In this document: one piece after another, positions 1 to 13,206 of the stretch
Position numbering within the stretch: position 1 is the stretch's first letter
How the letters are laid out: every line of letters starts with the position of its first letter
Assembly: GCA_051313645.2 (NCBI GenBank)
Contig: JBNRSN020000001.1
Span: forward strand, 428,048,001-428,112,000
Length of the DNA: 64,000 nucleotides
Direction of reading: 5' to 3'
Origin: Centroscyllium fabricii
Lineage: Eukaryota
The notes under the pieces: generated by a model
What the model was told of the DNA's origin: nothing
Databases searched by the model: none
What the model saw: the letters and a program-made list of their open reading frames with translations, nothing else
Position numbers and translations under genes: made by a program

Positions 1-484
1 TTTCAGGGTGGATAGGCCGCAAGTCGGGCTCCGCTTTAGGAAGGGATTGTCCCGGCTACTGACGGCGAGTGGGGGCAGGGTCCCGCCCAACTCCATTGTC
101 AGGCTCTTCAGGTGGCACTGGAAATCCAGTCCCAGTAAGACTGGGGTGCACAACTGCTGGAGTATGTACAGTTTAAAATTACGGTACACGCAGTCCCTGA
201 CTGTGAGCGTGACAGAGCAGTAGCCGGTGACGTCCGCCGTGTGGGACTTTGAAGCGAGGGAGATTTGGTAGTGCGTGGGCAGGGTCTGCAATCCGTAGCG
301 CCGCACTGTGTCGGGGTGAATGAAGCTCTCTGTGCTTCCGGTGTCGAACAGGCAGTTGGTGATATGGCCGTTAACTTTAATCCCCATCATGGAATTTGAT
401 AGGGTGTGCGGCCTAGCCTGGTGGACCGTGGCTGAGGCCGAAGTGTGTGTGCGTGTGTGGGGGCCCTCCGCTAGCTGGGGCCGT

Positions 485-800
485 TCACAAGATGGCGGCG
501 GTCGTCATTCGCATGCGGCCGACCGCGGTGGACAAGATGGCGGCGCCGGGTGGTCGCACATGGCTGGCCGCTGAAGACAAGATGGCGGCGCCGGGGGGTC
601 GCACATGGCTGGCCGCTGAAGACAAGATGGCGGCGCCCGTGATTCGCACGTGGCGGGCCGCTGTGGACGCGGTGGCGGTGCCCATGGTTCGCACGTGGCG
701 GGCCGCGCTGGCTAAGTTGTCGGCGCCCGTGATTCGCACGCAGCGGGCCGCGCTGGGCGAGATGCCGGCATTGGGAGGTCGCCCACGGCCGGCCGCGGCC
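485..800. repeat. 45-bp minisatellite in Gag-protease linker
   Basis: CAAGATGGCGGC at 488, 533, 578, 623 (period 45); degenerate units continue to about 800. Confidence 0.85.
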
Positions 801-1737
801 GTCTGTGGCGTGGCGGTGCCCGTGCCGTGTGCGCGGCCGGCCTCTGCCGTATCAGGGTGGGAGACGGGGGCGCTTGTAATCTACCCCCGGACCGCTGCTG
901 GGTCGCGCTGCAACAGCAGCTTACCTGAGGCCATGGGATGGCGTTGGAGCTCTCGCAGGCCGCGCTGTTGTGTCTGGAGCAGGGCGCTGGGGCCGATTTG
1001 CAGGCCCTGGCGTAATGTCCCTTTTTACTGCATTTCTCGCAGGTCGCGGTCCTCGCGGGGCATTTCGCTCGCGGATGTAGTCCCTGGCCGCAGAAGTAGC
1101 ATTTTTTATCCGCCGGCATCTTCGCAGCTGCCGCTGCCATTGTGGGGGTCTTGACCTGTCGTGGGGCCGCCCAGGAGTCGAGGGTGGCTTGTGGGCCTTG
1201 GCCGCTATACGCCTCTAGTCTGCGGCGTGCTCCATCCACCGCGTTAGAGATGGAGATCGCCTCTTCCAGCGATAAAGTCTCTTTCTCCAGCAACCGCTGG
1301 CGGGCCTGGCCGGACCTGATCCCCGTCACGTAGGCGTCTCGAACGAGAAGATTCATCTCCTCCTGCGCCGTCCGTGCCTAGCAGTCACAGGCCCGGGCGA
1401 GGGCTTGAAGCGCCAACAGATATTGTTCATTAGAATCACCGAGCCGTTGTTGTCTGGTCGCCAGCACGTGTCTGGCATAGACCGAGTGGACCGGGCGCAC
1501 GTAGCATGCCTTCAGTTTCTCCACGGCCTCTTTGTACGTTTTTGCGTCGCGGATGAAGGAGTATACCCAGCTGGAGATCCTGGACGAGAGAACGTGGAGT
1601 TTGTTCCCGTCGGTCGTCGCCTTGGCGGCCTCCATGTAGGCCTCGACGAGGCTGAACCAATGTTCAAACGTATTGGCGGCGTCTGGATCCTGTGGACTGA
1701 CATCCAGCTTTTCAGGTTTCACAGCGCCGCTCTCCAT
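712..1737 (-). pseudogene. gag of Gypsy A, in-frame stop at 1378-1380 and later frameshift
   Basis: MESGAVKPEKLDVSPQDP...YARHVLATRQQ...LLVRDAYVTGIRS plus two Cys/His knuckles; matches Gag of B, C, D. Confidence 0.85.
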
Positions 1738-1762
1738 TTCGAGAATTTAAAGTGAATAAAAT

Positions 1763-2044
1763 TGACGTATCGTCAATGAGGCAAAGACGAGTAGTTACCT
1801 TAACTGGAGGCTTTTATTCACTTTACAATGGAGCTACTCTCCAGTCGAACATTGAGTACAGAATGAATGGGGGCAGGTCAGACCCCACCTATAAGGCACT
1901 CACCTCAGGGGAGGAGTTAGAGGTGTGGCTGACCTGACCTCGCGACAGTGTCGTTATACAAACTATATACAATTGCACCCAGCCACTATACATGCTGGTC
2001 TGTAGTGTGCTCAACTATTTACACTGGTAATCATGATTACCACA
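1763..2044 (-). repeat. 5' LTR of Gypsy A
   Basis: TG...CA ends on minus strand; AATAAAAGCC block as in the other LTRs of this lineage; gag ATG starts about 25 nt downstream. Confidence 0.8.
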
Positions 2045-4048
2045 ATATCCCACCCTATCCCCGTTAGTGTTCTCTGCAACCGAGAGCGGGAGTCCCGAAG
2101 GCTGTGTTGCCTGCCTGGTGCAAGGCTTAAGGACATCTCTTTTGGGCTGGCGAGAAACTTGCAGTGGGAGGGGGAGGATCCAGTTGTCCTGGTACATGTT
2201 GGTACCAACGACATAGATAAGACAAGGAAGAAGGTTCTGTTACAGGGGTATGAGCAGCTAGGGGTCAAACTAAAAAACAGAACCTCAAGGGTAATAATCT
2301 CCGGGTTATTACCTGAGCCACGAGTGAATTTGGCTAGGTTAAATAAAATTAGGGAGTTAAATGCGTGGCTCAAAGATTGGTGTGGGAGAAGTGGGTTTTG
2401 CTTCTTGGGACACTGGCACCAGTACTGGGACAGGAGAGAACTGTTCCGGCAGGACGGGCTTCACCTGAACTGGGCTGGGACCAGTGTCCTGGCGAATCAT
2501 ATAACTAGGGTTGTAGAGAGGGCTTTAAACTAATTAGTGGGGGGGAGGTTTCTAGAGAGCAAATAAATAAAATGACACTGGAGAAGGTAATGGACATAGG
2601 GAACAATGGGGGAATTAAAAGACAGAGAGTGTCAGGAAGGGAAAGAATGTATGGAGATAAAGGTAAAGTTGTAAAAAGGGAAAAAGCAGGAATTAAGTGT
2701 CAAAAAACATATTTCAAAGACCTTTATTTGAATGCACGTAGTATTCGTAACAAAATAGACGAGTTGGCGGCACAAATAATTACATATGGGTATGATCTTG
2801 TGGCAATTACAGAAACATGGTTACAGGGCGACCAGGACTAGGAATTAAACATACACGGGTATTTAACAATTAGGAGGGACAGGCAGGAAGGAAAGGGAGG
2901 TGGGGTGGCTATGTTAATAAGACAAGAAATCACGACAATGCAGCGAAATGATATTGGCTCAAAGGATCAGGATAGTGAAACAGTTTGGGTGGAAATAAGA
3001 AATAATAAAGGGAAAAAAAACACTGGTGGGCGTAGTCTATAGGCCTCCAAACAGTTGTAACTTAGTTGGTCGGTGTATAAAACAGGAAATAGTTGGGGCT
3101 TGTAATAAGGGAACAGCTATAATTATGGGGGATTTTAATTTTCATATTGACTGGACTAATCAAGTTGGACAGGGCAGCCTTCAGGAAGAGTTCATTGAGT
3201 GTATTAGGGATGGGTTCCTTGAACAGTACGTAACTGAGCTGACCAGGGGGCAAGCAGTCTTAGATCTGGTCCTGTGTAATGAGACAGGATTAATAAAAAA
3301 ATGTCCCAGTAAAGGATCCCCTTGGAATGAGTGACCATAACATGGTCGAATTCCAAATTCAATTAGAGGGTGAAAGGGTTGGATCTCAAACAAGCGTACT
3401 GAGCTTAAATAAAGGAGACTATGATGGTATGAGAGCAGAATTGATTAAGGTGGACTGGGGAAACAGATTAAAGGGTAAGACGGTACATGATCAGTGGTAT
3501 GTATTCAAGGAGTTATTTTACAACTTTCAAGAAAAATATATTCCACTGCGGAAAAAAGGGTGTAAAAGAAAAAACAGCTATCCGTGGCTAAGTAAAGTAA
3601 TAAAGGAGAGTATCCGACTAAAAACAAGTTTATATAAGGCAGCTAAATCTACTGGGAAGATAGAAGATCGGGAAGCTTTTAAAAGTCAGCAAAAAATAAC
3701 AAAAAGATTGATTAAGAAAGAGAAGATAGATTATGAAAGTAAATTAGCAAAAAATATAAAAACAGATAGTGTAGCGCCGGCAGGGCCTAGGAACCACACG
3801 TGAGCCAGAGCTAGAGAAAACACAGCTTTAATCAACTGAACAAAACAAGAAAGAGAGTGAACCACTCGCAACAATCGTATTTAAACAGTTGGTGACGTCA
3901 TCGCGTCGGCCGACGTGGTGACGTCGTCGCTTCACCCGGATGAGCGGGGCTTTGCTCCGCGGAGTTCCCGTGGCGGATTCGATGTCCCAGTGGGCGTGCC
4001 GCCCCACAGCTCCCCCCAGAATCCGTCCGGGAGGAATAGTGACAGTGT

Positions 4049-6826
4049 CTATGTGTGCCGTTGGGGTGGCCGGATGATGCGGCCGGACCGTGTTGTCTGT
4101 TGCTCCTGGTTCTGCGGTGGAGTGTGGGCGGGTTTTGTTGCGGGAGGGCGACCGCGTTGTGGTGGTTGTGCGGGGACCGTAGCCTCACCCGCTATAACGT
4201 GTACCGGCTTGAGCCGGTCTATTGTCACAGTGTCAGTCCTGTTGCCCATTTGTAATTCAAAAGTTTTAGCTCCCGCCCGAAGCACTCTGTAGGGGCCATC
4301 GTACGGTGGCTGTAGTGGAGATCGGTGTCCGTCGCGCCGGACGAACACAAATTTAGCTTTTTTAATGTCGTCCGGCACCCGAGCTGCCGGCTCTCCGTGC
4401 CGGGCCACTGGTAGTGGCTGGAAAGCTCGTGCCGGGTTGGCGAAGTCTTTTAAATACTGGTCGGCTGACCAGGGAGCGTTGGGCTCAGCCAGGAACTCGC
4501 CCGGCACCGTTAAAGTTTGGCCGTAGACGAGCTCTGCTGCCGAGGCGTTTAGGTCTTCCTTGACTGCCGAGCGCAGCCCGAGGAGAACCCATGGAAGGCG
4601 GTCGGTCCACGATGCGTCCTTTAGTGTAGCTCGTAGTGATGCCTTCATTGAGCGGTGGAACCGTTCGCATAGGCCGTTCGCCTGTGGGTGGTATGCAGTG
4701 GTTCGATTTAGTGTCACCCCGAGCTCGCGGGCAATGGCAGCCCATAATGCCGACGTAAACTGGGGTCCTCTGTCGGAGCTGATGTCTGTGGGCACGCCGA
4801 AGCGGGCGACCCAGGTGGCGATGAACGCCCTGGCCAAGTCCGTGGTGCCGGTGGCAGTGAGGGGGACTGCTTCTGGCCAGCGAGTGTTGCGGTCGACCAT
4901 AGTCATTAGGTGCGTGTGGCCCTGGGATGGCGGTAGTGGCCCGACGAGATCGATATGGACGTGGTCAAAGCGTCTGGCCGGCACTTTAAAAGTTTCCAGT
5001 GGTGCCCTGATGTGCTTATGCACTTTGGAGCGCTGGCAGGCTATGCAGGAGCTGGCCCAGGCGCGGACGTCCTTGCGCAGGCCACGCCATACGAATCAGG
5101 CCGAGATTAATTTGATGGACGCGCGGGCGCCGGGGTGGGACAGGTCATGGAGGGTCCTAAATATGTGTCGCCTCCAAGCGTGGGGTACGACTGGCCTGGG
5201 TTGCGGCAAGGATACGTCGCAGCAGACGACGGTGGCAGCGGGTCCGTGCGCGATATTGGCCAAGTGGAGGCCAGGGAGATTAGCTGCTGCATTGAGCAGG
5301 TCGGGGTCGGCCAACTGGTCGGCGGCCAGCTGGGTGTAATCGACCGCCATTTGGGCGGCGTTAATGGTGGGGCGTGAGAGGCAGTCAGCGACCACGTTGT
5401 CGCGGCCGGAAATGTGCTGGATGTCGGTTGTAAATTCTGACATGGCCGCGAGTTGGCGCTGCTGCCTGGCCGACCAGGGTTCGGCGACCTTAGCCATCGC
5501 AAACGTGAGTGGCTTATGGTCGCTGAAGGCTGTGAAGTGGCGGCCCTCCAAGAGGAAACGAAAGTGTCTCACTGCCAGATGGAGAGCGAGTAACTCCCTA
5601 TCGAAGGCGCTGTATTTAACCTCTGGGTGCCGGAGTTGCCGGCTGAAAAAGGCCAGGGGCTGCCACGAGTTGCCGGTCCACTGCTCAAATACGGCCCCGA
5701 CCGCATGGTCGGAGGCGTCGGTGGTGAGGGCTACTCTGGCGTTGGGCCTAGGGTGGGCTAGGAGGGTGGTGTTTGCTAGGGCGGTTTTAGTTGCTGTGAA
5801 GGCGGTGGCGGCGTCGGCCGTCCACTCGACCGCAGCCTTGTTGGACTGCCCGCGGGTGGCCTGGTATAAGGGGGCCATGAGAGCGGCTGCTCCCGGGATA
5901 AAGCGGTTATAAAAATTAACCATGCCTAAAAATTCCTGCAGCCCTTTAATGGAGTGCGGGCGGGGGAATTCCTGTACCGCCTGCACCTTGGAGGGCAGGG
6001 GTATGGCCCCTGTTTGGGAAATGCGGTGGCCGAGGAAGTCAATGGTCTCAAGGCCGAATTTGCACTTGGTGGGGCTTAAGATAAGGCCGTGTTCGGTAAG
6101 GCGCTGGAACAGGGTCCTGAGGTGCAGGAGGTGTTCCTGGAGGGAGGTGCTGGCCACGAGGATGTCGTCTAAATAGACGAAAATGAACTTCAAGTCCCGT
6201 AGGACTGAGTCCATGAGGCGCTGGAAGGCCTGGGCCGCGTTTTTAAGGCCGAAGGGCATCCTAAGGAACTCGAAGAGCCCGAAGGGGGTAATAACGGCCG
6301 TTTTGGGAATGTCCGCCGGGTGTACCAGCACCTGGTGGTAGCCACGCACCAGGTCGATCTTGGAAAAGATCGTACAGCCCGCTAATCTGGCGGAAAAATC
6401 CTGGATGTGGGGTACGGGGTACCTATCCGGGGTGGTGGCGTTGTTTAGGCGGCAGTAGTCGCCGTAGGGGCGCCAACCTCCGTCGGGCTTGAGGGCTATG
6501 TGGAGCGGAGAGGACCAGGGGCTGCTGGAGCGGCGGATTATACCGAGTTGCTCCATGGTGCGGTACTCGGTGCGCGCGATCTCCTGCTTGGCCGGGTCGA
6601 GCCTATGGGCGTGGGCATGGACGGGAGGGCCTGTGGTCATTATAAAATGCTCCACCCCGTGTTTGGCCTGGCGGGCGGTGAACGTGGGGTTGATTAGGGC
6701 AGGGAACTCTGCCAGGAGTGTGCCGTAGGCATCGGAGTCCCGGGAGCGGCATTGGGCTGCCGCGTGGGCCAGGAGTGTGGGCCTTGTGGAGCATGGGATG
6801 GTCGTCATATTATTTATGTTGACCAA
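4049..6826 (-). pseudogene. pol (RT-RNase H-integrase) of CsRN1-like element, stop at 5096
   Basis: ORFs 5096-6826 and 4049-5023; [26 protein letters not shown] motifs. Confidence 0.92.
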
Positions 6827-6916
6827 GCGGCGCCGGCTTACGTCGACTAGTAGGCCGTAGGCGCAGAGGAAATCTGCCCCGATGAGGGGCGATGTGACCT
6901 GGGCCGTTACAAAATC

Positions 6917-7876
6917 TCAGGTGTACGCGTGGCTTGCAAGGGTAATTGTAAGCTTGCGGGTGCCGTATGTTTTTATATTGGAGCCGTTGGCCGCCGCTAG
7001 TGGCGGGCCCCGGGTGCCTTGTTTGGTTTCTGCAGGGGAGTCTGGCACGATGCTGTGCTGCGCGCCTGTGTTGCAGAGGAACCTGAGGCCTGTGCCGCTG
7101 TCTGTGGCAAAGAGCAGTGCTCCTGTGTGGCCTACAGACATGGTGGGGGCTGAGTTGGGCCGTGGCTTGAACGCGCATGGCTGGACGCAGCGGTGCACTT
7201 TGTGATCGAACCGCGTGTAGTAGTAGCACCAGCCGGTGTTAGAGGGACGCGGTTGCCTAGGTGGGCGCGGGGCCCTAGGTTCAGGCGTAAAGTTATGCCT
7301 TGGGGGTGATTGGCTGCGCTCTACCGATGCGGAGTTAGGGTCGCACGTGGTTGAGCGGGTGCGCTGCGCCTCCATGAGCCTGTCGGCTTCCTCTCTGAGC
7401 TCATCATCGCTCCGTTGGCCAAGGGCCGCCAAGGCCGGTCTGATGGCGCGGGGCAGCTTAAGGAGGAAGACGGTGTGGAAGAGGGAGGCCGGGTTGGGTG
7501 TGAGCGCTTGCATCTGACCTAAGAGGTCCGATGGGTCTGCGTCCCCGAGTTTGGGGAGGTCGAGGAGCTGGCAGTCGCGCTCAAATTGGGAGGGGGTAAA
7601 AAAAATTATGAGCGCGGCCTTAAGTTATTCATACCTGCCTGCGATGGGCACACGCTGTATTTTTGACCACATCCGATCAATCGTCGTCTGTGGTAGGGCT
7701 GAGAACACCAGGTCGTAGCGGTCGTCCCCCTGGATGCCGTGTGTGCGGCAGCTGGTCTCGATGCACATAAACCAGGCCGCTGGCCGTTGCTCCCAGAACT
7801 CGGGTAGAGTTAGTCCACGTCCGGCGTTCTGGCCAAGTCCTTGCGTTCGTGGAGCTTGGTTCCTTGGGTTTACCAT
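6917..7876 (-). pseudogene. gag-protease of CsRN1-like element, disrupted
   Basis: ORFs 7625-7876 and 6917-7513; protease motif decayed to FLCNTGAQHS. Confidence 0.85.
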
Positions 7877-7954
7877 GTTTTCTTATTTAAAAAGTTCTTT
7901 GGCTGGTGGTCCCAGATCCTGCGGCAGCTTTTCTTCTCTGGAAGTCGTTCCAGT

Positions 7955-7966
7955 TCGGGGTCACCA
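7955..7966 (-). promoter_or_regulatory. tRNA-Trp primer-binding site
   Basis: TGGTGACCCCGA 1 nt after 5' LTR, complementary to the vertebrate tRNA-Trp 3' end TCGGGGTCACCA. Confidence 0.88.
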
Positions 7967-9392
7967 CTGTAGCGCCGGCAGGGCCTAGGAACCACACGTG
8001 AGCCAGAGCTAGAGAAAACACAGCTTTAATCAACTGAACAAAACAAGAAAGAGAGTGAACCACTCGCAACAATCGTATTTAAACAGTCCCGCGGTTGGTG
8101 ACATCATCGCGTCGGCCGACGTGGTGACGTCGTCGCGTCACCCGGATGAGCGGGGCTTTGCTCCGCGGAGTTCCCGTGGCGGATTCGATGTCCCAGTGGG
8201 CGTGCCGCCACAATAGCAAGAGATTCTATAGTTACATAAAAAGAAAAAGGGTGGCTAAAGTAAATGTTGGTCCCTTAGAGGATGAGACCGGGAAATTAAT
8301 GGTGGGAAATCTGGAGATGGCAAAAACACAATGAATATTTTGTATCAGTCTTTACAGTAGAGGACACTCAAAATATCCCAACATTGGATAAACAGGTGGC
8401 TCTAGGGGGGAGGAGCTAATTACGATTAAAGTCACTAAGGAAGTGGTACTCGGTAAAATAATGGGACTTAAGGAGGATAAATCCCCTGGACCTGACGGCT
8501 TATATCCTAGGGTCTTGAGGGAAGTGGCGGTAGGGATTGTGGATGCATTGGTAATAATTTTTCAAAACTCTCTGGACTCGGCAAAGGTCCCGGCAGATTG
8601 GAAAACTGCTAATGTAACGCCTTTATTTAAAAAGGGTCATAGACGGAAGGCTGGAAATTATAGACCAGTTAGCCTAACATCTGTGGTTGGCAAACTGCTA
8701 GAATCCATTATTAAGGAAACAGTAACAGGGCATTTGGATAAACATAATTTAATAGGACAAAGTCAGCATGGTTTTACAAAGGGGAAGTCATGTTTGACAA
8801 ATTTGCTGGAGTTCTTTGAGGACATAACATACAGGGTGGATAAAGGGGAACCAATGGATGTAGTGTATTTAGACTTCCAAAAGGCATTTGACAAGGTGCC
8901 ACACAAAAGATTATTGCTCAGGATAAAAAATCAAGGGATTGGGGGTAATATTCTGGCATTGGTGGAGGACTGGCTTTCTAACAGAAAGCAGAGAGTTGGG
9001 ATAAATGGTTCATTCTCAGACTGGCAGTCAGTGACTAGTGGTGTTCCGCAAGGGTCGGTGCTGGGACCCCAACTCTTTACAATCTATATTAATGATTTGG
9101 AGGAAGGGACCAAGTGCAACATATCAAAGTTTGCGGATGACACAAAGATGGGAGGGAGTGTGATGAGTGAGGAGGACATTAAAAACCTGCAAAAGGACAT
9201 AGATAGGCTAAGTGAGTGGGCAGAGATTTGGCCGATGGAATATAATACTGGAAAGTGTGAAGTTATGCACTTTGGCAGGAAAAATAATAGAGCGAGTTAG
9301 AACATAGAACATAGAACATCCAGCACTGTACAGGCCCTTGGGCCCTCAATGTAGTGCCGCGCTTAGTCCGTCTCTGATTTTTTCTGTCCCCC

Positions 9393-12227
9393 CTACTCTT
9401 CCTTCCCCTCCATGTACCTATCTATCATCCTTTTAAAAGCACCCAGACTGTCCACATCCACTATTTCAGATGGTGGCCTACTCCATTCCCCGACCACTCT
9501 CTGCGTAAAGAACTTGCCCCTGCCATCCCTTCTGAATCTTCCTCCTTGAATCTTGTGCTCGTGCCCTCTTGTTGTCGTTCTTCCCACCCGGGGAAACAGT
9601 CTCTGCACGTTTACTCTATCGATCCCCTTCATCATTTTAAACATCTCTATTAAGTCCCCCCTCTTCCTTCTCCGTTCCAGGGAGAAGAGTCCCAGCTACC
9701 TCAACCTCTCCTCGTACGACTTTCCCCCCATTCCCGGCAGCATCCTGGTGAATCTCCTCTGCACCCTCTCCAGCGCCTCCACATCCCGCCTGTAGTACGG
9801 TGCCCAGAACTGCACACAGTACTCCAAGTGTGGTCTCACCAGTGACCTGTACAGCTGTAGCATGACCTCCCGGTTCTTAAACTCTATTCCCCTGTTGATG
9901 AAGGCCAATACACCATAGGCCTTTTTTACTGCCTTGTCCACCTGGGTGGCAGCCTTCAATGATCTGTGTACATATACTCCCAGATCCCTTTGCTCCTCTG
10001 CTTCACTCAGGACCCTGCCGTTGACCCTATATTCCCTCTTCCTATTTGCCCTACCGAAGTGCATCACCTCGCATTTCCCCGTGTTGAACTCCATTTGCCA
10101 TTCTTCAGCCCAGCTCTGCATCCTATCTATATCCCTCTGAATCTTTCTACTTCCTTCCTCCTCATCCACTACTCCCCCAATCTTTGTGTCATCCGCAAAT
10201 TTGCTGACCCATCCCTCAGTCCCCTCCTCCAAGTCATTGATAAAGATTACAAATAGTAGTGGCCCCAACTCCGACCCCTGTGGTACCCCACTGGTGACCG
10301 GTCTCCAACCCGAGTATTGGCCCTCTACCTCTACCCTCTGCTTCCTCTGAGCCAGCCAGTTCTCAATCCATCCCACCACTTTGTTGTTTACCCCGCAACT
10401 CCTTACTTTCTTCATGAGTCGACCGTGCGGGACCTTGTCGAACGCCTTGCTGAAGTCCATATATATGACATCAACCGCCTTTCCCTCGTCCACACACTTG
10501 GTCACCTTAACGAATCCGTGCTGACTGCTCCTGATTAATTTGCCCCTTTCTAGATGGTCGTAGATCCTGTCCCTCAGGACCCTTTCCATCACCTTTCCGA
10601 CCACCGAGGTAAGGCTGACTGGTCTGTAGTTCCCTGGCACGTCCCTGCTCCCCTTTTTAAATATGGGAACCACATTCGCCTCTCTCCAGTCGTCAGGGAC
10701 TATCCCCGAGGATAGCGAGGAACTAAAGATAGAGGTCAGTGGCTCTGCGATTTCGTTCCTCGCTTCCCAGAGAATCCTTGGATATATCCCGTCCGGCCCA
10801 GGAGATTTGTCTACCTTCAGTTTCTCCAAAATATCTAATACCTCCCCCCTCTGAATATTTACTTCCCCCATCCTTTCCCCTTGTATCTTGAACTCCTCCT
10901 CTACTTTTAGTTCCCTCTCCCTTGTGAACACGGACGCAAAATATTCATTTAGTGCTTCCCCAATTTCCTCTGACTCCGTGCACATTTCTCCCTTGCCGTC
11001 TTTGATCAGCCCTACTCTTATCCTAGTCATCCTTTTATTTCTTACGTAAGCATAGAAAGCCTTAGGGTTCTCCTTTATCCTTCCCGCTAATGCCTTCTCA
11101 TGCCCTCCCTTTGCCTTCCTTAGCCCATTCTTCAGTTTTTTCCTTGCTTCTTTGTACTCCTTTCCCGCCCCTGCTGTACACTGCTTTCTCAATCTATCAT
11201 ATGCCTCCTTCTTCTTCTTTACTAATTGTTCTACCTCTTTCGTGATCCACGGTTCTCTCCTCTTTCCCTTGTTTCCCATCCTACTCGGGACATGCTTATC
11301 CAGGGCTTTCATAATTTGCTCCCTGAACACTCTCCATTTTTCTTCCGTTCCTCTCCCAGCAAGTTCCCGTTCCCAATTGGTGTTAGCTAAATCGTGCCTA
11401 ACCCTGTCGTAATTTCCCATCCCCCAGCTGTATACCTTACCCTGCCTCATGCTCCTATCCTTCTCCATTACTATTGTGAACGTCACCGAGTTGTGGTCAC
11501 TGTCCCCAAAGTGCTCCCTTACCCCCAGTTCTACCACTTGGCCTGGTTCATTTCCCAGAACCAGGTCCAACGTTGCCCCCCCCCTTGTTGGTTCCTCCAC
11601 GTATTGTGTCAGGAAACCTTCCTGCACGCATTGTAAGAAAATCTCTCCATCTGCACTCTTTGACCTTCCTAGATTCCAGTCTATATTAGGGAAATTGAAA
11701 TCTCCCATGATAACTACCCTATGTCCCCCACATCTTTCCTTTATTTGTCGCGCAATTTCCTCCTCCAGCTCCCTGTTACTATTTGGTGGTCTATAAAAGA
11801 CTCCCACTAACGTTACCGCCCCTTTCCTATTTCTAAGCTCCGCCCATACTACCTCCGTTCGTGTGTCCCCCTGAAAGTGTTTTTCTGTAGCTGTCACGCT
11901 GTCCTTGACCAGCAGTGCTACTCCCCCCCCGCGCTTTCCTCCCTCCCTGCTCCTCGAGAAGCTTCTGTATCCCTGAACCCCAAGCATCCAGTCCTGTCCC
12001 TGCTCCAGCCATGTCTCTGTAATGGCCACCACATCGAAGTCCCATGTCGCCATCCATGCCCCTAGCTCTCCTGCCTTGTTCCGTATACTTCTTGCATTGA
12101 AGTAGGCGCATTTCAGTCCCCTGTCACTTCCCTGCGTCCTTGGTTCTCCCCCCTGTTCCTCCTTGTTCCCTGGTCTCCCCTCTGTTTCCCTGCCCGTTTC
12201 CCCATCCCCCTGGCCAATTAGTTTAAA
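9393..12227 (-). pseudogene. CR1 ORF2 (APE endonuclease plus RT), one stop at 9696 and a short in-frame RT deletion
   Basis: 785-aa ORF plus 9393-9644 continuation; QHGFVK joins directly to VTKCVDEG, lacking the G-SCLTNL-EFFE block seen in other copies. Confidence 0.92.
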
Positions 12228-13206
12228 TCCCCCTTTATGGCCGAAGCGAGTTTCCCACCCAGAATGTTGATGCCCCTTCGGTTCAGGTGCAAGCCGTCCC
12301 GGTCATACAGATCCCACCTTCCCCAGAACGATCCCCAATTGTCCACAAAACTTATGCCCTCCCTTCTGCACCAATCCTGTAGCCACGCGTTTATTCGCAT
12401 TCTTTTTTTGTTTTTCCACTCCCTATCCCGTGGCGCTGGTAGGATCCCAGAAATCGTGGCATTATTCGTTTTGTCTCTCAGTTTCCTTCCTAGTTCCTTA
12501 AATTCCTGCTTGATGTCTTCTTCCTTTTTCCTCCCTATGTCGTTCGTACCTATGTGTACCACGACCTGCATTTGTTTGCTCTCCCCTTTTAGAGTGCTGT
12601 AAACACAGTCCGAGATGTCTTGGACCCTGGCACCTGGGAAGCAACAGACCATCCTCGAGTCCCTTCTGCTCCCGCAATACCTCCTATCCATCCCTCTCAC
12701 CATTGAGTCGCCAATAACTATTGCTCTCAGCCTTCCCCCCCCTCCTTTCTGTACCGCCTCTTCTGGCCTGGTATCAGAGTTCTCGACCCCTCGGTCTCCC
12801 CCTGTTAGTTCTTCCCCCTCTTCATCATTCAGGGGTGACTACCTGTTGCCGAGGGGAATGTCCCCTGAGGGCCTCGACCTATCCTTCCCCTTCCTTTTCG
12901 CCAACTCCCAACAGCCCTTCTGCACGGGTGTATGTACAGTCCCCCCTGGTTGCTTTGTGCCTTCCTCCGCCTCCTTAAGGATTTAAAGTTCCTCCAGGTT
13001 CCTTTCCATTTCCCCATCATGGACCTGGACCTCCTCTGCCTCCCTCAGGACCCTGAGTTCCTCCAGGTTCCGTTCCAGCTCCTTTACTCTGGCTTTAAGG
13101 AGCTGTAGCTGGATGCACTTTTCACAGATGAATCCAGCCTGGCTCCCCTTTCCCCCCCCTGCTGAAACATGTTGCAGGAAGAGCATTTTCCCGTTTGCTT
13201 TGCCAT
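12218..13206 (-). pseudogene. CR1 ORF1 (zinc finger/leucine zipper plus SGNH esterase), frameshifted
   Basis: MAKQTGKCSSC...FICEKCIQLQLLKARVKELERNLEEL; CCFPGARVQD, HIGTNDI, DGLHLN. Confidence 0.88.

Larger units (their letters stand above)
1..2044 (-). mobile_element. Gypsy LTR retrotransposon A (YLDN/self-complementary-PBS lineage), 5' part; continues beyond window start
   Basis: 5' LTR 1763-2044 (minus TGTGGTAATC...ACGTCA); gag ORFs 1378-1737 and 712-1356 with CYFCGQGLHPRAKC and CEKCSKKGHYARAC knuckles; protease CLFDTGSTESFI near 320-356; homologous to copies B-D. Confidence 0.92.
3770..8212 (-). mobile_element. CsRN1-clade Gypsy retrotransposon, full length, decayed
   Basis: LTRs 3770-4006 and 7968-8212; 4-bp TSD ATAG; tRNA-Trp PBS; PPT GGGGGGAGCTG; Gag LPEFW..P..WF and CYYYTRF..VHRCVQPC; RT YLDD, RNase H, integrase (IDLVGP, SDRGPQF, ERFHR). 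Confidence 0.95.

Noticed and set aside
447-1154. 235-aa plus-strand ORF with KMAA repeats
   Set aside because: Antisense shadow of the GC-rich Gypsy A linker minisatellite
7060-7090. Protease motif NTGA instead of DTGA
   Set aside because: Single decayed copy with other stops; ordinary mutation, unlike the shared YLDN
12983-13075. Repeated ERNLEEL in CR1 ORF1
   Set aside because: Local duplication ending in a stop; seen in one copy only
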